DNA of 64,000 bases, taken from a virus. The notes beneath the pieces were generated by a model. That model was not told the origin of the DNA, made no database searches, and worked only from the letters and a program-made list of their open reading frames with translations. The stretch spans positions 64,001 through 128,000 of the IMG/VR virus record IMGVR_UViG_3300041964_000083. One strand, given 5' to 3'. Of the stretch, positions 49,877 through 59,445 are shown piece by piece (positions within the stretch are counted from its first letter, which is position 1; the number at the start of each line of letters is the position of its first letter). The translations under genes and the position numbers were made by a program.

Positions 49877-52231
49877 TTAGAACTGTCTGCGGCTCTGCCC
49901 TTTGGTGGCAATCATACCGAGTGTGTTACTCGTTCCACCTCCGGTGGTTTCAAGTTTGGGTTCACCGGATGCACCGTCACCTGCACCAGCATCCTCGACT
50001 TCCTCTATTCGATAGTCAACAGCGCGGTTATGGTCGATACCTAACGTTAAACTTGTGCCATCACAGAGGCAGATAGGAGATAGTCCGTGATTGGTGCTAA
50101 CACCTGAATAATTTAATGTCCACGACACGCCCAACACACGCTCTCTGCCGAATTTAGCGAAGCGATCGCTGCCAACACTCACTACATCGCCATCTCTGAC
50201 ATTGGGGTAGTACCAAGAAACTTTCTTCGAGGATTGGCACGCTTGCAGGTCTTTGATGCGTAAATCCAATATGGCGGCATTGAGCGCTTGTTGGAATGTG
50301 GCGGCTTCTGGGTAAGACTTGGATGATTCAATTGCAGTGAATTCGGTGAGTAGATCGGAGGTGAGGAGGTATTTCTTAGTTTTGCCCGCTTTGGGTTTAC
50401 CAAAAGTCACCCAACGATCCGGTGGAACTTCCTGCTTCTCCCATTGGGTATCGCGAGTCGAGGCTTCGGGTGGGCGTCCAATCACTTCTTTAAAGTTTGC
50501 GTGTTCGGCACTGGTAAGAAAGCCCGAATCCTGGAATGATGAGTTGGTAACCCGCTCCCGATACTTATTGGCAGAACCAATTGTGCGATCAACTTGATAG
50601 TAACTCTCTTCTCCCGTCGTTAGTGGCGCTTTGTAGTCGTCTGGGGGAGCTGAATTTGGGTTTGCTGCCCAGAGGAAGGTGTTGACTACCTTAGATTCAG
50701 TTTTAATGAACATCGGTTCTTTAAACGCTGGATCTGGGGTAAGAATCCCCACCATGCCGCTTGACGTAATATTTTGCGTAGCTACAAGGCGTTTGAAGCG
50801 TTCCTCAAGCTCGTCGTATTTGCGCCACTCTACAGAGAAGGGGGAACCAACATCTGTACCGTATTCTTTGCGTGTAGATTTAAGTAGGTAGGCTTGGATT
50901 TGCTGTCCTGTAACTTTTTTGTACCGAACCAAGTTGTAGTAAGGATTTTCTTCATCAATAGACGCATAACCCACTTCACCCCCTTCAGCTTCCTTAGCCA
51001 AACGAACCAATTTAGTTGTTGTGGTTTGAATTTGAGTTAAATATTGCGTCGTGTTTTGAAACGTAACCGTCCCACCCAACGCTGAACCTGAAACTAAATG
51101 GGCATAATCGGGGTGAATAATTAGGTTAACAAAGCCCGCCACACTACTTTGTGCATATTTGGGGTTAGGGTCTTTAGCACGAACGGTAAAAGTAGTTGCA
51201 GGTAGGGATTCGTAGATATGTTGCGTTTCCTGGCGCTCAACTAACTTCCAAAATTGACCTGGGTTTGAAGAAAACAACATATCCCCAGTCCAGATATCGG
51301 ATGCAATGTAGCAAAACTTGTAAATCTCTATTATTTCGCGTTCTGGCGTACCGTTTATGGTCGTAGTTTTTTTTACGGTCTTGGGTGGGCTACTCTCATC
51401 ACAAGTTGAGGAGAGGTCTTTTAAAATAAACGTGTTGGGTGGAGGACTTGCGTAGTCTTCATCCCCTTCCACAATCGTCTCAATTTGCGGCTCTTTTCGT
51501 ACCAGTTGTGTGCCATTAGTCGGAGTTGTAGATTCAGGACTATCTTTGGATTTCCCCCAAGTCAGTTCAGTATCACGATACCCGTTCCACCCCGATCGCG
51601 TATTTTGCCCATCTACAATCACATCGGGTGTCGCAAACGTCCAGTTTGCTGCGCCAGAGTCAAAGTTTTTAAAGTGACAGCCATTCGTCCAGCTTACATA
51701 ACACCCATTAATCCGAAGGTGGGCATTAACGGCATCTTGAACACTGATTGTTAGGTTGGCATCAGAGTTGGGCGGAATGGGAATGTTGATGTTGGGTCCT
51801 ATGTAGGGAATTTGAGCAGCCCGACATAACGCCGATAAGGAAACGTATGGAGAATTACGGCTTGCAACACTAAATACCTTAATGGGTTTAGCTGACCGCA
51901 ACTCATAAAGAGATTTTAGAGCGATGCTGACTTTATAAGTTGCAAACGGCTGCTGCTTACTGGGGTGGCGTTCGCGATCAAAACCAAACGACATTACAAC
52001 AAAGGGTGTAATGTTATTGTTTAGTACAACTTGAGTAACGTTTGGTACATACGTATTTTCATATCGCGCAATGTCTACTTCCCGCACCCCTTCATAGCTA
52101 AAACTTGCTGATGGATGCCCTTCAAAGCTTAAGCCAAGATTCAAGCTCCCAAAGTAAATAGGGATAGTCGGCTGGGGTGGGTTGCGGACAATACTTGGTT
52201 TAGTTTTATTAATGCGTCCCGTTACTGGCAT
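49877..52231 (-). CDS. Putative tail tip/baseplate hub protein
   Basis: 784 aa; C-terminal PNVRDGDVVSV...RVLGVSWT hub-like motif; tail operon. Confidence 0.55.
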   Translation of the reverse strand: MPVTGRINKTKPSIVRNPPQPTIPIYFGSLNLGLSFEGHPSASFSYEGVREVDIARYENTYVPNVTQVVLNNNITPFVVMSFGFDRERHPSKQQPFATYKVSIALKSLYELRSAKPIKVFSVASRNSPYVSLSALCRAAQIPYIGPNINIPIPPNSDANLTISVQDAVNAHLRINGCYVSWTNGCHFKNFDSGAANWTFATPDVIVDGQNTRSGWNGYRDTELTWGKSKDSPESTTPTNGTQLVRKEPQIETIVEGDEDYASPPPNTFILKDLSSTCDESSPPKTVKKTTTINGTPEREIIEIYKFCYIASDIWTGDMLFSSNPGQFWKLVERQETQHIYESLPATTFTVRAKDPNPKYAQSSVAGFVNLIIHPDYAHLVSGSALGGTVTFQNTTQYLTQIQTTTTKLVRLAKEAEGGEVGYASIDEENPYYNLVRYKKVTGQQIQAYLLKSTRKEYGTDVGSPFSVEWRKYDELEERFKRLVATQNITSSGMVGILTPDPAFKEPMFIKTESKVVNTFLWAANPNSAPPDDYKAPLTTGEESYYQVDRTIGSANKYRERVTNSSFQDSGFLTSAEHANFKEVIGRPPEASTRDTQWEKQEVPPDRWVTFGKPKAGKTKKYLLTSDLLTEFTAIESSKSYPEAATFQQALNAAILDLRIKDLQACQSSKKVSWYYPNVRDGDVVSVGSDRFAKFGRERVLGVSWTLNYSGVSTNHGLSPICLCDGTSLTLGIDHNRAVDYRIEEVEDAGAGDGASGEPKLETTGGGTSNTLGMIATKGQSRRQF

Positions 52232-52249
52232 TACGTTTCCCTAATACCG

Positions 52250-52936
52250 CTATACATCAACCTTTATCTGTCTTAGCGTAAATCCTCGTGTTGCCCCTTG
52301 TGCGATCGTCTGGGTTGCCGGTAATTGACCTGCACTCGGACCTGTAGGTGGCTCAAACTGATCAATTGTACCCGTTGTTGCCTGGTATACGGCTGTACCA
52401 CCTCTAATTAACACTAGATAGTTATAGGTAATATTTCCCGTGGTTGGGGTAAAAGTGACAGTCACAGGTGGTGTGGCAGCACGGTTATTGGCAGCATCTT
52501 GTACGGCTGCTCCAGGGGCGTAAGGTTGCCTTGCCGAACCAAAATACTGGGATTCATAACGCGCCCATATTGTTAAGTCGTCGGTTTGATCCGGTACTTG
52601 TTCTGTTGCTGTGTGCGCTCCCGTTCCTACATCCGTAATAACTACGGCTGTGCCACCTCTTGTTAAGGATAACTGGAACGTTGTAGCAGTTCGGTTGATA
52701 ACAAAGTAAGTGGTGTTGGTATTGAGTCCTGCCGGTAGCGTACCTGCTGATGAGACTCTGATTCGGTTACCATTTACAAAGTTATGTCCGCCCGCAACCG
52801 TAAAAGTACTTGGTGTAGCAGCGGTAAACGTTGGTGTTGCTATCTGATAATTGACAAGCAACACAAAAAAACCAGTTTGGCTGTTGTAGCAAAAGTCAAT
52901 TTGGTTAGCAAGTGTTTGTAAACTATGAACTGGCAC
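52250..52936 (-). CDS. Tail-associated protein with small beta-barrel virion domain
   Basis: HNFVNGNRIRVSSAGTLPAGLNTNTTYFVINRTATTFQLSLT. Confidence 0.6.
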   Translation of the reverse strand: MPVHSLQTLANQIDFCYNSQTGFFVLLVNYQIATPTFTAATPSTFTVAGGHNFVNGNRIRVSSAGTLPAGLNTNTTYFVINRTATTFQLSLTRGGTAVVITDVGTGAHTATEQVPDQTDDLTIWARYESQYFGSARQPYAPGAAVQDAANNRAATPPVTVTFTPTTGNITYNYLVLIRGGTAVYQATTGTIDQFEPPTGPSAGQLPATQTIAQGATRGFTLRQIKVDV

Positions 52937-52946
52937 GAATTAACTC

Positions 52947-54416
52947 CTAAGACATTATAGATGTTGCGTTAACAATGGACACAATGGGTACTGCGTTTTG
53001 AGTTACTGATTGCCACTGTGTTGTCAGTGAAAAATTGGCTGCCGGATTAACAAACGATAACCAACCACTGGTTAGCGGCAGTGATACCCCTGGTGTCTCT
53101 TGTACTGCGATCGCGCTTATTACCCAACCCGTAGTTGAAGGGAAAGTAGTGAAATCGTCGGTAGACGTGAACCCTATTTGATTGCCGACTGTACTAAAAA
53201 CATTTGTTGGTAACGTAACTGTACTTTGCCAACCAGTTGTTGCTTGAATAAGTGTTGTCGCTGCTTCTTCTGCAATAACTGAACTTGCCCAGCCACTTGT
53301 TAATGAGACAAGATCTGGATTTACTACAGAAAATCCAAACCCATTACCTACAACACCAGCAACTGCCGTTACAACAGTTGGCAAAAACGTGCTTTGCCAA
53401 GCTGCTGTTAATGAAAGTTGTATTGTCGGCGTATCTGCTATCTGGATAGGATTATCAACCCAACCACCGCTTGCTGTGAGTGTTACGTAGTCAGTTTGAG
53501 TGAAAACAACTCCAGTGCAAGCGGTAGTAAGGTATATTTCACCACCAAAGTCTTCTGTAATCGCTATTTCACTCGACCAAGAGCTAATAGCGATCGCGTC
53601 TTTAGTTTTGCTCTGGGTACTACTTCCTGATACGTTGCTTAATTGCGAAGTGCGCTTCGAGTAATTCCATAGTGCGGGTGTAGGCGCATCGATAAGGATT
53701 GGGCTAAATACGGTGCAGAGTTTTGAAACTTCATTCCATATAAATTGCCCAACTTGGGGATTATTGGCATCCGGTGCAGGTGCAAAACTTACCCCCATCC
53801 AATCAAATCGATCTATATGATCGATTCCAGGAAACTTGAATGTCGCCGCATAAGCAACAAATTCCGTTGACGCGCTGTACGTGCCACTAATTTCTAATTC
53901 CTCCCCAACTGCGATCGCGTAATCAGTCGAGATTGTTAGCGTTTGCTCTTGCTGAGTAAAAGATAACCGTAACCCTCTGTACTCAACACTTTTCACCGTC
54001 AACCCAGAAGCAATCGCGATCGCTTGTCCTGGAATCGGTGCACCCGTTAATAGGACGACATAAAAAAGAGCCGGGATAGCAAGCGCTGGGGAGTAGAGGT
54101 TAACTGCCTCATCTCCTAACCAAAGCGTTTTGATTAATGGATTAGTCGGATCGGGTAATAGCGCAAAACCTTCAAGGCTTGGTGACCTGAAGGTAAACGG
54201 TAATAGAAACTTGAGGAGATAACCTGTCGCGATCGGAGGAGGGATGTCAACTTCTTCTACCCCAAACCCTGGTGTGTCGTAATTGGCGTAAGTATTGATA
54301 CGCGCAAGCACACCCAATCCTCTACTTTCCCCCTGCCAAACACGAAAAGTAGGAGGAATAGTATTGGCTGATGCGGACTTACTGGTCGGTAGATCTGCTC
54401 CAGTGAGCCGAAACAT
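52947..54416 (-). CDS. Putative tail protein with Trp-containing repeats
   Basis: Repeated (T/S)(T/S/G/A)xW motifs in C-terminal half. Confidence 0.55.
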   Translation of the reverse strand: MFRLTGADLPTSKSASANTIPPTFRVWQGESRGLGVLARINTYANYDTPGFGVEEVDIPPPIATGYLLKFLLPFTFRSPSLEGFALLPDPTNPLIKTLWLGDEAVNLYSPALAIPALFYVVLLTGAPIPGQAIAIASGLTVKSVEYRGLRLSFTQQEQTLTISTDYAIAVGEELEISGTYSASTEFVAYAATFKFPGIDHIDRFDWMGVSFAPAPDANNPQVGQFIWNEVSKLCTVFSPILIDAPTPALWNYSKRTSQLSNVSGSSTQSKTKDAIAISSWSSEIAITEDFGGEIYLTTACTGVVFTQTDYVTLTASGGWVDNPIQIADTPTIQLSLTAAWQSTFLPTVVTAVAGVVGNGFGFSVVNPDLVSLTSGWASSVIAEEAATTLIQATTGWQSTVTLPTNVFSTVGNQIGFTSTDDFTTFPSTTGWVISAIAVQETPGVSLPLTSGWLSFVNPAANFSLTTQWQSVTQNAVPIVSIVNATSIMS

Positions 54417-54862
54417 TACACGTAATCCAAACTGATATACGTAAGCTTCAGTTCGCTGAACACGATTCGACCATTGATGTTGATAGCTCCGCTCTGGGTC
54501 ACGTCATCAAGGTAAGCGTTGGTGATGGTTTGACCAAACAGGGTGATGTCTTCCCCTGTTAGCTGCCCATTAATAGCTGAAAGGGTGTTGTTGTAGCGCT
54601 CTGTCTCGAATTCATCGAAGCGACTGCCAACGGGACCTTTAAACGTGAATTCAACCTGCTTCTTCTTGAGCTTGACGTTGATAATCCCACCTTCGCCTAG
54701 GTTGATGGGGACATCCTTCGTCTCTGCATCGGAAACTGAGATGCCGTCCGGCTCAACGGCTAAATCTTTGAAAACAAATCTAATGTAAGGAATCGGCATC
54801 TTTCGCGATCGCGTACTACTCCTTAAAGTTAGGAGAAGATATTGTGCGATCGGCTGAAACAC
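54416..54862 (-). CDS. Putative tail structural protein (start probably MPIPY)
   Basis: First gene of minus-strand tail block. Confidence 0.5.
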   Translation of the reverse strand: MFQPIAQYLLLTLRSSTRSRKMPIPYIRFVFKDLAVEPDGISVSDAETKDVPINLGEGGIINVKLKKKQVEFTFKGPVGSRFDEFETERYNNTLSAINGQLTGEDITLFGQTITNAYLDDVTQSGAININGRIVFSELKLTYISLDYV

Positions 54863-54878
54863 TCACTATTGCATCATC

Positions 54879-54897
54879 CGACAACTATTCGTTGTCA
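54879..54897. repeat. 19-bp palindrome copy 12 (CGACAACTATTCGTTGTCA)
   Basis: Adjacent to terminator 54901-54930. Confidence 0.85.
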
Positions 54898-54965
54898 AAC
54901 AAAAACCCTTTTGATTTAATCAAGAGGGTTGTATACGAATTATTCAGATGCGGTGTTTATGTGAC

Positions 54966-55673
54966 TTAGCTTGCTTTTAGAACTGACGCGATCGCTTCTG
55001 CCAATACATCATCAGGATAGCTATTGACAGTTCCGTGTCGTTCATCAGGCACTTGCCCCATCGGATAACCCTTGGCTCGACAAATCTTACCCGCAACAGT
55101 TCCAACTCGGCGTGCCATTGCTTCACCAATCCGAATTCGCTTTACTCGGCAGTATGCCCGCACAGTAGAGTAGTTAGATGCACCGTTAAGTGCTGCAACC
55201 TTTTCCTCCACAACCTCAGTACGACACTCTAGTTGATGTTGTTTCGATTCGATTTCAGCTTGGCGACGTTCTTGTTCTAGCATCTGATGACCAATCATAA
55301 CGATGGTTTCAGCAAGAGATTTGGGTTGAGGTTGAACCGCCTCTGATGTGACTTTATACCCAGCTAACTTATGCAGAAAGACTCGAACACCAGCTTTGAG
55401 CAGTTGTTTTGCCATCATTGGGTTATCATCGACAATCCAGTCTGTAATCAGATCTTCATTCACCAATACAACACCTTGTATTCCTCCTGGGGTAAGGATT
55501 TCATCTGTTTTTGCTTCGTTTGATGCAACGGCTTTTAATCGTCGAGAAATAGTTCCTTTGTCTTTTCCGCTCATCCGAGCATAGCCAGACACAGAGCAAA
55601 AACTTTCGCCTGTCTGCTGATTGATAATAATTTCGATTCCGTTATCCGACTTAAAAGCTGATAAATTAGACAT
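54966..55673 (-). CDS. Antirepressor-like protein (KilA-N-like N-domain, coiled coil, variable C-domain)
   Basis: TGESFCSVSGYARMSG...LLKAGVRVFLHKLAGY; VPDERHGTVNSYP. Confidence 0.65.
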   Translation of the reverse strand: MSNLSAFKSDNGIEIIINQQTGESFCSVSGYARMSGKDKGTISRRLKAVASNEAKTDEILTPGGIQGVVLVNEDLITDWIVDDNPMMAKQLLKAGVRVFLHKLAGYKVTSEAVQPQPKSLAETIVMIGHQMLEQERRQAEIESKQHQLECRTEVVEEKVAALNGASNYSTVRAYCRVKRIRIGEAMARRVGTVAGKICRAKGYPMGQVPDERHGTVNSYPDDVLAEAIASVLKAS

Positions 55674-55806
55674 TGCTCATTTCCTTTTGTAGGTTAGTGG
55701 GCAGCAGCCACCCTGCGTGTGTTCAATTCGACAGGGTGGCTGCGTTTACTTGCTAAGTGAATTCAGTACATCTATAATTATGGATGTACATAACATAATA
55801 AGTCAA

Positions 55807-56067
55807 ATGGTTAGACCTACATATTGGGATGAAACAAAAGAGCGACATCAAATTAGACTTACGCCAACGTGTTGGCAACATTTAGATGATATAGCAGCAG
55901 CAAATGCCCTACCTAGTAGAGCAGAAGCGATTGAATACTTGTCTCGGTTTGCAGCTAGGAATTACATCATATTCAAAAAAGATAGTAGAGCGATCGCACA
56001 TGACTCAACACAGACTTTACGGACTGCGGGGAAAAGCATACGTCACTCGCTACAAACAAATCTTTGA
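55807..56067 (+). CDS. RHH-like regulator
   Basis: KERHQIRLTPTCWQHLDDIA...SRAEAIEYL. Confidence 0.6.
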   Translation: MVRPTYWDETKERHQIRLTPTCWQHLDDIAAANALPSRAEAIEYLSRFAARNYIIFKKDSRAIAHDSTQTLRTAGKSIRHSLQTNL

Positions 56068-57264
56068 AAGCGATCACGCCGCCATTCTTGCTGCATTCAA
56101 CGGCTTGGTTGAACGTGATGGGAAGTTTACGCCTGTGCATTTAGGACAACTTTGCAACGAGTTCCAGCTGCCTGTAAAGGTAATGGACGATTTCTTGCCA
56201 GAGATCACTAACCGCAGGTATTCTGCTGGAACATGGGAGCGACTGCAAGATAGAGGGTGCAAGGCAAAAGATATTGGTGTTACTTGGGAGCGCGATCGCA
56301 CATGACAAATCAACCAACCAACACAGACGCCGTACTAGGCGGTAACAATCAAACAACTGCTGCGGTGCTTGGAGGTATCGAAGGAGCAAAGCGAAGATTT
56401 CATCAAGCCAAAGAATTCCAGCAGCGATACGCCGCATGGCTGGAGATAGCCAAATATGACCCAGCAGAAGCAGAGCGATTGAGCAACCAGTTGATTAGGT
56501 TAAATATCGAAATTGATGAAGCTGGGGTGCAGAAGCTTCGTGATGCGATCGCGTCAGCACAACAAGCCATTGCAAATATGGCAACCACAATCGCACCAAC
56601 ATTTAAAAATGTTATTGATACATATCAGTATTTGGAGCAATTACGGAGAAATGGCGTTATTAGCGACTACGAATATGTAAGTAGTTTGCGAGAACTTCAA
56701 AATATGAATACGCCTTCATTTCCAGAAAAGAAAGCTGAAAGTAAAGGAATACTTCTTCAGATATGGGATGCTAAGGATGAAGCTGAGTGGAGAAAAGAGA
56801 AAGAACTGGAGAAAAAACATATAGCCAAGTTAAAACAATCTTCTTATCTAGATGGGGTTGAGCGCATTATTGGGAAACGCAAGCGGAAATATTAAGCGTA
56901 TTTAATTCACATGATAGATCAATCAACACAACACAAAGATTTCCAATTTACAATTGCTGGTAAAGTTTACACTGTACCTGCTGCGGTATTCGTAGAAGCC
57001 ACAAAAGATGTTACTGCTACTAAATGGCATGACAAAGACAAAAATTGTTTATTTGCAGCAAAAGAGGCTTTCTTTAAATCTATTAACGCAATTTACTATC
57101 TTGATGACTCGCGTAGTTTTCGCCACACGCTTCATATCGATGGTGTTTTGGTTTGGGTAGATTATTGGAAAGATAGGGCAAAAGAGAATTTAATGGCAAA
57201 TCTGTTTGAATCACTAGCAGACTACATCTACGAGATTGGAATAATCTCTAAACCTCTAAATTAA
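56000..57264 (+). CDS. Three hypothetical genes (~56000-56305, ~56301-56895, 56911-57264)
   Basis: First two start right after HIP1 (GCGATCGCACATG); second begins with DAVLGG..AVLGGIEG. Confidence 0.55.
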
Positions 57265-57317
57265 TTGCGCGATCGCACATAACAAACCCCTCGGCTCACA
57301 CTGAGGGGTTTTTGATT

Positions 57318-57336
57318 TGACAACGAAACGATGTCA
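57318..57336. repeat. 19-bp palindrome copy 13 (TGACAACGAAACGATGTCA)
   Basis: Overlaps stop of 57334..57588; next to terminator 57284-57313. Confidence 0.85.
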
Positions 57337-57588
57337 AGGCTTAGGCGATTCGTTTGAGATTTCATCGGAGAGAATGTGCAATCCTGTGCCTTCTTGTAAA
57401 ATTACAGTGTTGGTTAGTCCAGTTGAGTAGTGGCGCAGGAACTCCTCTTTCGTCTTACCAGAAGCTTCCTGATCCATCAGGTACGTTGCGATCGCGTCTT
57501 CACTCCCCTCCAGTAGTTCAACCTCATTATCTGTAACTTTGAACTTGGCGAGTATTTCGCCTCCGCTAAGAATTTGTGCGTTGAACAT
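57334..57588 (-). CDS. Small hypothetical protein downstream of portal
   Basis: 84-aa ORF. Confidence 0.5.
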   Translation of the reverse strand: MFNAQILSGGEILAKFKVTDNEVELLEGSEDAIATYLMDQEASGKTKEEFLRHYSTGLTNTVILQEGTGLHILSDEISNESPKP

Positions 57589-59315
57589 TTAGCAACTCCT
57601 TGTATCGCTTTGCAATCCACACCTCAGCCCAACGACTAGGGTAAACTTTGAATTTCTTTTTGGCTTCCGCGATCGCCTGATTATGTAGCTTCGCATCAGC
57701 AAATCCTTGGGAAAGAGAATCTGTTTGTACTACCGCTTCTTCCGGTGCTGGTGTTGTCTCTTCTGGCGCAGCAACCGCTTCCTCCTCAGGTACTGCTGCC
57801 TCATCCGTTGGAGCAGCTTCTGCACCCCCACCAAAGTCACCATAGCTGCCATACCCCCCTAATGCTTCCTGTTCAGCTTGGGCTTTCTTCTTATCCCATT
57901 CTTTCTTATCGAGTGTGATGTCAATACTGAACTGACTGCCACCAAATAAGCTATCTCTGACCTCTTCTTTAGTTAACACCTTCTTGTTGAACGCAGCTAA
58001 GATACGCATTAATTGCCGCTGCCCGCAGCTCTACTTTCTCTGAGGGTGATTCTAAGATTAAAGGTCTAAAGTGAAGATCCCAGCCATCCGGTTCCTTCCC
58101 TTTAGTTGGTCCATCTTTGGCAAGGAAAATTAACTGGTAAAGTCGGCGTAGTTTGGATTTAAGTGTGCTGGATTGGTACTGTCCAACTAACTTCGCCCAC
58201 ACTCGTTCCTCGGCATCCCCCGTCCCTTGCGCCGCCATTCCCAACGGACCACGCCCCAGGATTACGGTAGTTGGTAATCCACTAACAGCAACGAGTAAGT
58301 AGAGGAATTTATCGGCTAAAGTGTCGAGTCCCGCAAAGGTACGGGTAACGAACTCGATCCGCTCTTTCTTGGCGTCAAGTGCCACACCACCAAGCATATT
58401 CCCACCTTTGCGTAGGAGTCGCAGGCGGTTTTTGATCTTATCCTCTGCACCATCGGATATCTTGTCAGAAAGTCCGTCAAGGAAATATACAAACAAGCTG
58501 TAGTCGGCAATGATTGCGCCAATCTCAGCCATGATTTCGCCAAATTGCTTAAACTCTGTCCAAATTGCATCGAGCAAGCTTTGTCCCCAGCCAGGGCATT
58601 CGCGATTGTCCCTCATGGCATCGGAGGGTAAAGCAATGCCATCAAATCGAATTATTCGCGATCTGTGAATCTTGTAGCTATATTTGTTTTTTCCTTTAAT
58701 CGCTTTTTCGCCAAACATATTCTGTAGGCGATCGCCATGCTGCATCCCCCCTAACAATAAGTCGTAGTGCATGGGACGATTAGCACTCCAACTTGTTGTT
58801 AAGTCAGGTTGCAATTGGTACGAGTGCAGCATCTCAACCGAGCGGACGGTTTTAATAAAGTTTTTGCGAATCGGCTCATCGGGTGGTGCGCCATCATCAA
58901 CATCAAGCACGAGCGCAGCACCACCATACGTATTGGCATGAATGCCCGCGCTTTGAACTAAGTCGTAGTCAGAAATACCTTCTTCGTCATCAAGCAGATT
59001 GGGATCTTTGATTGATGCGCCTACTTGCGATCGGTAGTTGTTGAGTTCTTGGAGGATGCCATTATCTTGATCGTCTCCGCCGAATGTAATGTCCCACCCT
59101 TCTCTCGTCGCTTCTAATGGGTAGGCATGACAAATCCGCCGAGGTATCTCACGACGAATCAGTTCTTCTTTTTGAATTTTGCTGAGTTGGGGTACGTAGC
59201 CAAGTTGTGTTTGCTCGGTTTTGTCTAATTCTGTACCAATTCCAATCAGCGCGTTGGCAAACGCACCGTCGTTGCGGATCTCTGAGCTATGCCCGTTATC
59301 ACTGGTTGCAACCAA
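57566..59315 (-). CDS. Portal protein (DUF1073-type), one frameshift near 57985
   Basis: RNDG N-terminus, YGGAALVL, IHRSRIIRFDG, WGQSLL, SGLPTTVILG, WDLHFRPL; continues as VLTKEEVR in second ORF. Confidence 0.85.
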
Positions 59316-59445
59316 AATTTATGCATAAAAACAACCCCAGCACGATTGTATGCACTGGAATTGGGTATCAATGATTCAATTTTGAGTAACGTGTTGAGCG
59401 GATAGCTTGATTTGTAACAAATGAGTCATTACTACATTTCATTAG

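Noticed and set aside
42621-54416. Diversity-generating retroelement or tail-fibre shufflon
   Set aside because: No reverse transcriptase, template/variable repeat pair or alternative fibre cassettes seen
17986-57336. Palindromes as a CRISPR array
   Set aside because: Copies are kilobases apart, only 19 bp long, and no cas genes are present
57566-59315. Anti-CBASS Acb1 function, sometimes attached to DUF1073 proteins
   Set aside because: No 2H-phosphoesterase HxT motif pair seen; the sequence fits a portal
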